NCBI GenBank assembly: GCA_047628935.1
Contig: JBLHWH010000003.1
Coordinates: 5,031-69,030, forward strand
DNA length: 64,000 bases
Direction: 5' to 3'
Source of the DNA: Halioglobus sp.
GTDB taxonomy: Bacteria > Bacteroidota > Bacteroidia > Chitinophagales > Saprospiraceae
The translations under genes were made by a program, and so were the position numbers. How positions within the stretch are numbered: position 1 is the first letter of the stretch; each line of letters starts with the position of its first letter. Shown here piece after piece: positions 1 through 8,340 of the stretch. Under the pieces are notes generated by a model that was given only the letters and a program-made list of their open reading frames with translations, had not been told where the DNA came from and did not search any database.

Positions 1-2
1 AC

Positions 3-203
3 ATGAAGTCAGTATGTGAAAAGTCTGGTGCTGTAGCATGGGATGAAGTTAATTTCTGTGATAAGTCTAAGAAATTTACAAAAGTAGCTTCTGCTTCTAT
101 GGAAAAAGACGTAGAAACAGGTGAAGTGAAAGCTGCACCAGCTAAAAAAGCATGTAAAAAAGGAGCTAAGGCTTGTTGTTCAAGCAAGAAAAAAGTGGGT
201 TAA
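3..203 (+). CDS. hypothetical Cys/Lys-rich protein, probably the C-terminal part of a gene starting upstream of the window
   Basis: The frame is open to the window edge. The ORF ends ...KKACKKGAKACCSSKKKVG and is followed by a hairpin plus T-run at 233-264. No family recognised. Confidence 0.35.
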   Translation: MKSVCEKSGAVAWDEVNFCDKSKKFTKVASASMEKDVETGEVKAAPAKKACKKGAKACCSSKKKVG

Positions 204-232
204 TCACTGATTCTCTTTTTTGAAAGATATTG

Positions 233-264
233 AAGCCGTTTCATTAATTTGGAACGGCTTTTTT
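233..264 (+). terminator. rho-independent terminator
   Basis: An 8-bp stem aagccgtt/aacggctt (233-240 / 253-260) with a 12-nt loop runs into tttttt (259-264), 30 nt after the stop at 203. Confidence 0.7.
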
Positions 265-428
265 AGTTTGAAATAACTTAATTTCTCAAAATGTTGTAAA
301 GAATATAAATAAGCTACTACAATAATGATTTGAAGAGATTATGGTCCTGCTACTGTCAATGATGTAACAGCGAAAACTAAAAAGGGAAAGAAAAGGTAGG
401 CGACGGATTTTGACAATAGAAATGATGA

Positions 429-531
429 TTAGGAATGATTCAATAATAAAGTAACATTTTCTACTTGTTATTTTATCTTTCTGTAGCGTAAAAAGCCTCG
501 CCAATGCCCTGCATTGTCTACGTTTTTTGCC
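429..531 (+). repeat. copy 1 of a ~105-nt intergenic repeat (the inverted copy is at 43198-43302)
   Basis: The reverse complement of 429-531 aligns by eye with 43198-43302. The ends are near-identical (ttattattgaatcattcctaa; ggcaaaaaacgtag.caatgcagggcattg.cgaggcttttt) and the centre is more divergent. It contains the hairpin caatgc-NNN-gcattg and then a T-run on this strand. Confidence 0.6.
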
Positions 532-733
532 TTGTTGAAAAATAAAATACCTGTGTATAAGAGCGAACTTTATTAAGTGTATCATTCCTTAGTGATTGAT
601 AAAAGATATTTTGAGTGACTAAAAACTCTAAAATCTGAAATTAAATGGCGTATAATTTACATATATCGAGATGACATTGTGAAATTCTCAATAGAATCCA
701 TTTTTTCCTGTATTATTAACATAAAACCGTGTT

Positions 734-3700
734 ATGATTAATCGTATTTTCTTGATTTCTACTTTTGTATATTTCGTTACCATTTGTCTTGATGCTCAAC
801 AGATATTTGAAAAGATAGATTCTGATAGTGAAATTAGTGGTGATGCCAATGAATATTTGTCTGCTGTGGATTTTTACCAAGTGGATTTTTCTACTTTAAG
901 AAAAACCTTAAACAATGTGGGTCAAATTGAAATAGCAATTCCTGTTGGAGATCATATTAAGAGCATACTATTCACAAAAACAAACATCCTGACTCCTGAT
1001 TATAGGCTTCATACCAGTTCAGGGAAGACATTGAATACATCTAGTAAATACTCCTTTTATCATGGAGTGGTTATCGGTCAAGTAAATTCTAAAGCTAGTT
1101 TTATTTTTTATGATGATATGCTCTCGATTAGCATATTCGATGAAGAGGGGAACTATGAAATCAATAAAGAAGGAAATTTGTATGCTGGGTATTATAATCA
1201 TGACAGGAAAGAACCAATTATTCTGGACTGGGAATGTCAAGTAATTGATGAAGAAAATTCTCAACTTAAAAATGATAAACCGGGTGGGCGATCAAATACT
1301 ACTCCAGAATGTGTCACAGTATTTTTGGAAATTGACAATAATATGTATGTCAAAAAAGGGTCTGATATTGCCAATACTGAAGCATGGGCAATGACATTAT
1401 TTTCGCAAGTGGCGATATTGTATATCGAGCACAATATTCCGATCAACATTTCAAGTATACAGGTTTGGGACACACCAGATCCTTATGTTTCTGCTACAAA
1501 TACTTCACAAGCACTTTCTCTTTTTAGGAATGCAGTTCATAATAATCCAAATTTTAATGGGCGGTTGGCTCACTTGCTTTCAGGAAGAAGCTTAGGTGGC
1601 GGTATCGCCTATCTCAATGCCTTATGTAGCAACTCAACGAACGTCGCTGTGAGTGCAAACTTAAGCGGTGGAAATGTTCCATATCCTTCTTATTCATGGA
1701 ATGTCATGGTTGTCTCACATGAACTAGGTCATAATATGGGCTCACCGCACACTCAATCTTGTTCCTGGAATGGAAATAATACTGCCATTGACGGATGTGG
1801 AAATATTGAAGGGAGTTGCGCAGATCCTGGTAATCCACCAAACAATATTGGAGGTACAATAATGTCTTATTGTCATCTTACTTCTTCAGGTATAAATTTT
1901 AATAATGGATTTGGTCCTCAACCTGGAGCATTGATAGAAGATAGATATATTAATGCCTCCTGCGTTACTGGCGAAAGCTGTTCATACGTATCCCCTTTCA
2001 ATGATATCTGTGATCGGGCTAAAGAAATTCCCGTTTTGAATTATTGCATAAATGGTTATTATGAAAACTACGCTGCAACGGCATCTGGAGATGGAGGAAA
2101 TATGAGTTGTGGTGATTCTGGAGTTGAAAATGATATTTGGTATCAATTCGAATATATCAATGTGGATACTATACATTTGACATTTGCAGCGACAAACGAT
2201 ATTGCAAATTTGGTAGTCGAAATATACTCTGGAGATTGCAATGCTTTGACTTCTGTAGAATGTGGATTTTCAGTGAGTGGAGCGTCATTTTCGATTCTCC
2301 TTGATGATCCAGCTTTGGTAGATGAGACTCTGTATATACGAGTCGTAGAAAAAGGGTCAGATGAAGAAGGGGAATTTTCAGTTTGTATTTATTCGACAGA
2401 GCTGCCATGTCAAGATCAACTGGATACACTTCTTAATATTTATCAAGATTTGGATGGAGCTAATTGGACGAATAATGCAGGATGGGTAGATGGATTCATT
2501 AGTGGTACATGTGATTATTGCAATTGGACTGGCATTACTTGTGACTACTTAGGTCAAATAATAGAAATAGATCTATCAAGCAATAATCTGCAAGGAATGT
2601 TACCCCAAGATTTAGTTGCATTAATTAACTTAAAGCAATTAAAACTTAACAGCAATCTACTCACTGATACCATACCTAACTATTGGGATTCTCTCGATCA
2701 GTTGTATTTTTTGGATTTGAGGTTTAATACATTTACAGGATCGATTCCTTTTTCTTTCACCACGATGGCAAAAATTAATTCTATCCACCTCGACAATAAC
2801 AGCCTGGATAGCATTATTCCATCGGGGCTTGGATACAATGCTTCGCTTCAGACATTCACTGCCTCCAATAATCTTCTCGAGGGATGTTTTTCTACTGGAA
2901 TAAGTAACTTTTGTTATAAAGATTCACTAAACCTTGACAACAATCCAGGCCTCCCCTATTCTGGAGATGTGAACCTACTTTGTGAAGAAGGTTGGGGCAC
3001 AGATTGGGATCTTGATGGATTCTGCAATGAAATAGAGGATTGTGATGATTTTGATGCGGAAATCAATCCAGATGCAGATGAAATATTATGCGATGCTAAA
3101 GATAACAACTGCAATGGGATGATTGATGAAGGTTCTGATTTTGGTCCGAATATATGGATAGGTCCAGATACCTTGGGTGTCTTTGATGATTCATTGAATT
3201 GGAGTCTTAATCATGTTCCGCTAATCTGTGAAAACGTAGAAATTGGGATAGGCGGAGATACTATTGATTTAATCCTCTTAGGTAATGATACAGGAGAAGG
3301 TGGACAGGGAGGAACAAGCGAATTTACGAACCTGCAAATTAGGAATTTAACCATAGGAACCTTTACAACTCTTCATCTTCAGGAATCTAGTTCAATGTCA
3401 ATTTTGGGAAATGGAGTGATAGAAAACAACGGTATTTTCAATGTGTCAGGTTATATAAACATCCGTGATCAAAATAACACTTCAAATACTGCTTTTCTCA
3501 ATAATGGCACTTTTAAAACCATAGGATTCGGAGGAATTTCTATCCAGGAAATTGGAGATTATGGAATAAATAATTCAAGTACTGGAATAATTGAATTTGA
3601 TGGATATAGCAGTATTGATGCATTTAACAGTGATCTTGCCAAAGGGGGTATATTAAATGAAGGAACGATCAATATTCATGGTAATTTTTCTATCTATGGT

Positions 3701-3781
3701 ATATTTTCTGAAGAAGAGGTAAGAAATGAAAACGGAGGTATATTGGAAGTGAAGGATGGAGGCGTTTTGTCGGTGTATTGA
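734..3781 (+). CDS. secreted reprolysin/M12B-like zinc metalloprotease fused to plant-type LRRs, a MopE-like Cys-rich motif and a beta-helix-like tail
   Basis: 1015-aa ORF with a signal peptide (MINRIFLISTFVYFVTICLDAQ) and the metzincin site HELGHNMGSPH (HExxHxxGxxH). About 24-residue LxxLxLxxNxLxGxIP repeats follow a CNWTGITC cap (nt ~2410-2960). A DLDGFC...CDDFDAEINP...CDAKDNNCNGMIDEG motif lies at nt ~3007-3132. The tail is Asn/Gly/Ile-rich and repetitive. No T9SS C-terminal domain is visible. Confidence 0.8.
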   Translation: MINRIFLISTFVYFVTICLDAQQIFEKIDSDSEISGDANEYLSAVDFYQVDFSTLRKTLNNVGQIEIAIPVGDHIKSILFTKTNILTPDYRLHTSSGKTLNTSSKYSFYHGVVIGQVNSKASFIFYDDMLSISIFDEEGNYEINKEGNLYAGYYNHDRKEPIILDWECQVIDEENSQLKNDKPGGRSNTTPECVTVFLEIDNNMYVKKGSDIANTEAWAMTLFSQVAILYIEHNIPINISSIQVWDTPDPYVSATNTSQALSLFRNAVHNNPNFNGRLAHLLSGRSLGGGIAYLNALCSNSTNVAVSANLSGGNVPYPSYSWNVMVVSHELGHNMGSPHTQSCSWNGNNTAIDGCGNIEGSCADPGNPPNNIGGTIMSYCHLTSSGINFNNGFGPQPGALIEDRYINASCVTGESCSYVSPFNDICDRAKEIPVLNYCINGYYENYAATASGDGGNMSCGDSGVENDIWYQFEYINVDTIHLTFAATNDIANLVVEIYSGDCNALTSVECGFSVSGASFSILLDDPALVDETLYIRVVEKGSDEEGEFSVCIYSTELPCQDQLDTLLNIYQDLDGANWTNNAGWVDGFISGTCDYCNWTGITCDYLGQIIEIDLSSNNLQGMLPQDLVALINLKQLKLNSNLLTDTIPNYWDSLDQLYFLDLRFNTFTGSIPFSFTTMAKINSIHLDNNSLDSIIPSGLGYNASLQTFTASNNLLEGCFSTGISNFCYKDSLNLDNNPGLPYSGDVNLLCEEGWGTDWDLDGFCNEIEDCDDFDAEINPDADEILCDAKDNNCNGMIDEGSDFGPNIWIGPDTLGVFDDSLNWSLNHVPLICENVEIGIGGDTIDLILLGNDTGEGGQGGTSEFTNLQIRNLTIGTFTTLHLQESSSMSILGNGVIENNGIFNVSGYINIRDQNNTSNTAFLNNGTFKTIGFGGISIQEIGDYGINNSSTGIIEFDGYSSIDAFNSDLAKGGILNEGTINIHGNFSIYGIFSEEEVRNENGGILEVKDGGVLSVY

Positions 3782-3945
3782 AATGAAGATATCAATGACT
3801 CTAAGTCTTGGTTAGTACAAAATTATATCTGGTTTTAGTTTTCGAGCTAGTATAAATATGGTCATCTCTCAATAAGAAAATATCATAAAATCTAATTCAG
3901 TGATACTTAGGTATATTTCATTATTTTGTGGCAAATTCTTACCAT

Positions 3946-5652
3946 ATGACTCTTCTTCAAAAATATCTTTTTATATCAATTATTGTCTTGCTGTTTGGAT
4001 GCACAGATAATCAGTCACCTGACTCTATCATTATTAATGCCAATGTATGGACAGTTGATAAAGAAAACCCCAGAGCGGAATCGATTGCAATAAAAAATGG
4101 CAAAATTATAGCGCTCGGAAAAAATAAAGAAATTAAAAAGCTAAAGTCTGAGAAAACAAAAGTGATCGATGCGAAAGATGCATTTGTGATGCCTGGATGG
4201 ATCGAAGGACACGGTCACTTTTCTGGATTGGGAAAAAGCTTACAAAATCTCAATTTTTTAAAATCAAAAAACTGGGATGATGTAATAGCTAAAGTCAGAG
4301 AGAAGGCCAAAACATTAGAACCAGGAGAATGGATAGAAGGTAGAGGTTGGCATCAAGAGAAATGGGATGAAACTCCTAAGGAAAATTACCATGGCTATCC
4401 TGTTCATGATCAACTATCAGCTGTAAGTCCAGATAATCCTGTCATTCTGTATCACGCGAGTGGTCATTCTCTATTTGCAAATGAGAAAGCAATGCAAGCT
4501 GCAGGGATAAGTCGTGAAACGGGAAATCCAATGGGTGGGGAGGTCGTCAAAGATGGCAATGGAGATGCCATTGGTGTATTCGAAGAAAGAGCTATGTCTT
4601 TAATTTATGAATCATTCAAGGAATATGAATCTGGATTGAGTAAAGAAGAAGTAGACGCTAGATGGTACACTGCTATTACACTAGCAGAACAAGAGTCCAT
4701 TAAAAAAGGAATCACTTCTTTTCAAGATGCAGGATCTAAATTCTTTGAAGTCGATCGATATGTGAAGATGGCCGAGAAAGGAGAATTAGATTTGCGACTT
4801 TGGGCAATGTTAAGACACCCCGTAGATGAAATGATAGGCAAAGTATCTACGGCAAAGGTCATAGGTGCTGGTGATAATTTCTTTACATGCAATGCGATAA
4901 AATCAGAAGTAGATGGCGCACTTGGGTCATTTGGTGCGTGGTTACTAGAGCCTTATGCTGATAAGCCTGGGTTCGTTGGCCAAAACACTACAGATATAAA
5001 AGACGTAAAAACCATAGCAGAAATGGCGCTCGAAAACGATATGCAACTATGTGTTCATGCAATAGGGGATAGAGCCAATCGAGTCGTAGTTGATATATAT
5101 GAGGGCATGCTGTCACCTGTTGAAAACGGTAGTAAGAAAAGATGGAGAATCGAACATGCACAACATCTTGACCCTACTGATATTCCAAGATTTGCGGAAA
5201 ATGGAATCATAGCATCAATGCAAGGAATTCACTGTACTTCGGATGCGCCTTTCGTAGAAAAAAGATTAGGGAATCAAAGGGCAAAACTAGGAGCTTATGC
5301 ATGGAGGTCTCTTCTAGATGCTGGGGTAGTAGTAGCAAATGGTACCGATGCTCCTGTCGAAGATGTAGACCCTATTCCATCATTCTACGCATCTGTAACG
5401 AGAAAAAGAATAGACAATGGAATGGAATTTTTCACTGAGCAGAGCATGACTAGAGAAGAAGCGATCTACTCATATACATTGGGCAATGCATACGCAGCCT
5501 TCGAAGAAAATATTAAAGGGTCGATTGAAGTGGGAAAAGTTGCCGACCTGACTATAATGAGCCAAGATCTTATTAATTGTTCAGATGAAGAGATATTAGA
5601 GGCTGAGGTTCTTTATACAATTATTGATGGGGTAGTGAAGTATGAGAAGTAG
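3946..5652 (+). CDS. amidohydrolase-family metal-dependent hydrolase (YtcJ/amidohydrolase_3-like), lipoprotein
   Basis: 568-aa ORF from ATG 3946, which I prefer to GTG 3928. It has a lipobox LLFGC, the metal-binding GWIEGHGHF (HxH) and later VHAIGD and EHAQH motifs typical of the family. Confidence 0.8.
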   Translation: MTLLQKYLFISIIVLLFGCTDNQSPDSIIINANVWTVDKENPRAESIAIKNGKIIALGKNKEIKKLKSEKTKVIDAKDAFVMPGWIEGHGHFSGLGKSLQNLNFLKSKNWDDVIAKVREKAKTLEPGEWIEGRGWHQEKWDETPKENYHGYPVHDQLSAVSPDNPVILYHASGHSLFANEKAMQAAGISRETGNPMGGEVVKDGNGDAIGVFEERAMSLIYESFKEYESGLSKEEVDARWYTAITLAEQESIKKGITSFQDAGSKFFEVDRYVKMAEKGELDLRLWAMLRHPVDEMIGKVSTAKVIGAGDNFFTCNAIKSEVDGALGSFGAWLLEPYADKPGFVGQNTTDIKDVKTIAEMALENDMQLCVHAIGDRANRVVVDIYEGMLSPVENGSKKRWRIEHAQHLDPTDIPRFAENGIIASMQGIHCTSDAPFVEKRLGNQRAKLGAYAWRSLLDAGVVVANGTDAPVEDVDPIPSFYASVTRKRIDNGMEFFTEQSMTREEAIYSYTLGNAYAAFEENIKGSIEVGKVADLTIMSQDLINCSDEEILEAEVLYTIIDGVVKYEK

Positions 5653-5664
5653 AGTTTGGTTGTG

Positions 5665-5697
5665 AGACCTCGGAGGTTTTCAAAACCTCCGAGGTCT
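5665..5697. repeat. 33-nt perfect palindrome (REP-like / terminator hairpin), copy A
   Basis: agacctcggaggttttcaaaacctccgaggtct lies 13 nt after the stop at 5652. An almost identical copy is at 8186-8218 and a degenerate copy at 14639-14672. Confidence 0.75.
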
Positions 5698-5734
5698 GGT
5701 GTAATTGAGCTGCAAGATCGGTGAACTGGCATAA

Positions 5735-5780
5735 TATACCCCATCCTCAATATACCCCATCCTCAATATACCCCACTCAC
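5735..5780 (+). repeat. 16-bp direct repeat, 2 full copies plus 1 partial
   Basis: tataccccatcctcaa occurs at 5735-5750 and 5751-5766, followed by tataccccactcac. The repeats lie 85-130 bp upstream of the ATG at 5865. Confidence 0.7.
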
Positions 5781-5864
5781 AAAAAAACTTCACAACTAGT
5801 ATCAGAAATAATATCAAATTTGCCTACTTTGCTCTTGTTAAGTCAAATACAAACCAAATTACAT

Positions 5865-8138
5865 ATGAATAATAGATTGATTGGATGCTTCGTTTTATTT
5901 CTCTTTGTTGTAAATGGATTTTCGCAAGCGAAAATATATATCACATCAGAACCTACCCTATGTAATACAGGTGTTGATTTCTACTTCACGGTAAGGAATG
6001 AAGGGAATGTAGTAATGACGAATAGCTATTTAAAAATGGATATTCCTGAAATTTGGGGTCCGACGGTATTTGTTGGTGTGTTAAATCCAGGTGAAAATTA
6101 TGATTTTAAGAAGCGAGTTTATACACCAGGACCAGATTCAGAGTATGTGAATTTTGGTGTTGATTTTGTAACGAAAGCTGTTTTTGAATACTTAATTGAA
6201 GAAGACTTTTTTTCAACCCAATCAGAATACAAATCGACCATCCTATGCTCCTACGACCCTAATGATAAACTGGTATCGCCCGATAGAGCATCAAAACGGA
6301 TCTATCCAGAAGAAGGGCTGACCTATACTGTACGATTTCAAAACACGGGTAATGCAGAAGCCATACATGTATCCATAAAAGACACACTAGATGAATCGCT
6401 TGATTATTCAACTTTCCAAGTCATAAGCTCTAGCCACGATGATGTTCTGAATACTATAATAACAGCTGAAAGAAACATAGATTTCAGTTTCGTGAATATC
6501 AATCTACCAGATAGTACATCGAATGTACAGGAGAGTCAAGGATATATAACCTATACCATATCTCCAAGATCTGACTTATCTACTTGCACATCGATAAAAA
6601 ATACGGCTAGTATATACTTTGATTTTAATCCGCCGATCGTGACCAATACGACAGAAAGCATCTACTACATTAATTGTGATGATGATAATGTATGCACAGT
6701 AGATGATGTGCTAGGGAAAGATGGACTTTGTAGAGGTACATTCCCAGATACAGATCAAGACGGTTACTACGAATGTGATTCTTGTGGTCTTGCAGAAGTA
6801 TATGTGGATTCTCTTGGACGTGATGTAGGAATTGAAAGTGCGGACGATTATTTTCAGACATTATTGGGTTGTGATCAGTGTGAGGGGTTAGATGATAATG
6901 AGGATTATAATGATGATGGGGTGCCGGATTGTGTGGATCCGCCATGGTACCCTATATGTCCATACGAATTTAAAGTAGATTTCAACTTGGGATTAATTTT
7001 AAGATTTAGTAGTGTAGATTTTGAAGAACACCATTATCCAGAACCTATAGCTTTTCAATCAATAATAAATGGTACTGGCGATGCTTTCTATAGTCCTAAT
7101 TTAAAAATTGATTTTGTTAGAGAAGTCGAAAGTGTGAATGGTAATTACATTGAAATAGTTTACAAAATGAAAATGTACGATTATGTAACAGGTGATTTCG
7201 GAAATGTACAAATTGTATACTCAAATCATCAAAGCTGTTCGTTTAACGAAATTGAATTAACCTCATTGCCATGTCCCTCAATGATTAATATAACAAATGA
7301 ATTATTTATATTTTCAAATATTGAAAAAAACATAGACCAGTCAGAAATTTTAGGAGATTTCATTATTGAAGATGAAACTACAACTTTTAATTTTGACGCT
7401 AAAGACTATACTTTACCAGCTATTCTTGGGTCTGTGCTTTATATTAATCCATATAATTCTGGACTAGCTAATGCTTTTTCTGACCCATTTAATGGTGTGG
7501 TTACACTACCTTCAGGTCTTGTATGTAATATCAATGATGGACTACCTGAAAATTGCAACTTAGAATATGAGACTGAAATAGTTTTAGGAAAGGAATGCAA
7601 TGACAACAACCCTTGCACCCACCACGACAAATACCTAACCCAACCCGACGGCACCTGCGCCTGCATCGGAACCCCAAAACCTGACCGTGATCTAGACGGC
7701 ACCTGCGATGCAAATGACAATTGCTACCTTCTCTCCAATCCAGACCAACTAGATACCGACGAAGATGGACTCGGTGATATCTGTGATACCGATGATGACA
7801 ATGATGGTATTCCAGACGAAGAAGATAACTGCCCATTGATCAACAATCCCGAGCAAGAGGATGAAGACGAAGATGGCATCGGCGATGTATGTGAAGGACT
7901 AGCTGTAGTTGATATTTTGGATGCAGTAACTATTCATCCTAATCCTGTATTGGATGTATTATTTGTTGATCATTCATATGGAGCCAGCTATTCAATTATC
8001 AATTCTGTGGGACAGATGGTAAATAAAGGAATGATCGCCGATGATCAAATTAGTGTTGAAGCGTTGAACGTCGGCATCTACTTTTTGATGATTTCTAATG
8101 CGTCGGAAGTGAGGACTTTTAGGTTTGTGAAAGGATAA
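5865..8138 (+). CDS. T9SS-sorted surface protein with an [14 protein letters not shown] repeat module and thrombospondin type-3-like calcium-binding repeats
   Basis: ATG 5865 gives a signal peptide ([22 protein letters not shown]), whereas the 5721 start adds a non-signal extension. There is a CSYDPNDK...[11 protein letters not shown]...[12 protein letters not shown] module and Asp-rich DxDxDGxxDxxD repeats. The C-terminus is Por_Secre_tail-like ([10 protein letters not shown]...[21 protein letters not shown]). Confidence 0.8.
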   Translation: MNNRLIGCFVLFLFVVNGFSQAKIYITSEPTLCNTGVDFYFTVRNEGNVVMTNSYLKMDIPEIWGPTVFVGVLNPGENYDFKKRVYTPGPDSEYVNFGVDFVTKAVFEYLIEEDFFSTQSEYKSTILCSYDPNDKLVSPDRASKRIYPEEGLTYTVRFQNTGNAEAIHVSIKDTLDESLDYSTFQVISSSHDDVLNTIITAERNIDFSFVNINLPDSTSNVQESQGYITYTISPRSDLSTCTSIKNTASIYFDFNPPIVTNTTESIYYINCDDDNVCTVDDVLGKDGLCRGTFPDTDQDGYYECDSCGLAEVYVDSLGRDVGIESADDYFQTLLGCDQCEGLDDNEDYNDDGVPDCVDPPWYPICPYEFKVDFNLGLILRFSSVDFEEHHYPEPIAFQSIINGTGDAFYSPNLKIDFVREVESVNGNYIEIVYKMKMYDYVTGDFGNVQIVYSNHQSCSFNEIELTSLPCPSMINITNELFIFSNIEKNIDQSEILGDFIIEDETTTFNFDAKDYTLPAILGSVLYINPYNSGLANAFSDPFNGVVTLPSGLVCNINDGLPENCNLEYETEIVLGKECNDNNPCTHHDKYLTQPDGTCACIGTPKPDRDLDGTCDANDNCYLLSNPDQLDTDEDGLGDICDTDDDNDGIPDEEDNCPLINNPEQEDEDEDGIGDVCEGLAVVDILDAVTIHPNPVLDVLFVDHSYGASYSIINSVGQMVNKGMIADDQISVEALNVGIYFLMISNASEVRTFRFVKG

Positions 8139-8185
8139 ACCCATCCCTCGGATTCCCAAGCTTGCAAAGATCACGGATCGGGACT

Positions 8186-8218
8186 AGACCTCGGAGGTTT
8201 CGAAAACCTCCGAGGTCT
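8186..8218. repeat. 33-nt palindrome, copy B
   Basis: agacctcggaggtttcgaaaacctccgaggtct lies 48 nt after the stop at 8138. It differs from copy A only in the central loop. Confidence 0.75.
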
Positions 8219-8340
8219 CCTTACCTTTTCAAATCATCAACCCGCGAATTTACAATTCTCTACACTGCTCAAGTGTTTACTGCGTGCGCCACTTGATAAT
8301 TTCTTATATTCACAACTGAATAATAAAAACCTTATCAAGC

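Noticed and set aside
286-585. 99-aa minus-strand ORF in the first intergenic region
   Set aside because: It overlaps the ~105-nt repeat, and the second copy of that repeat (43198-43302) has a stop in the corresponding frame. The sequence is low-complexity and lacks a signal or family match. I treat it as non-coding.
5700-5722. Shared gagctgcaagat(c/g)ggtg motif at 5709 and 43572, and a looser gcttgcaaagatcacgg at 8160, as flanks of the palindrome family
   Set aside because: It covers only ~17 of 20 nt in two places. Its orientation relative to the palindrome is inconsistent in the third. It is too short to distinguish from chance without a genome-wide count.
6670-7836. Antisense ORFs 6670-6945, 7439-7720 and 7531-7836 (His/Pro/Arg-rich)
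   Set aside because: They lie opposite Asp-rich and GC-rich TSP3 codons of a well-supported plus-strand gene. Their compositions are mirror artefacts.
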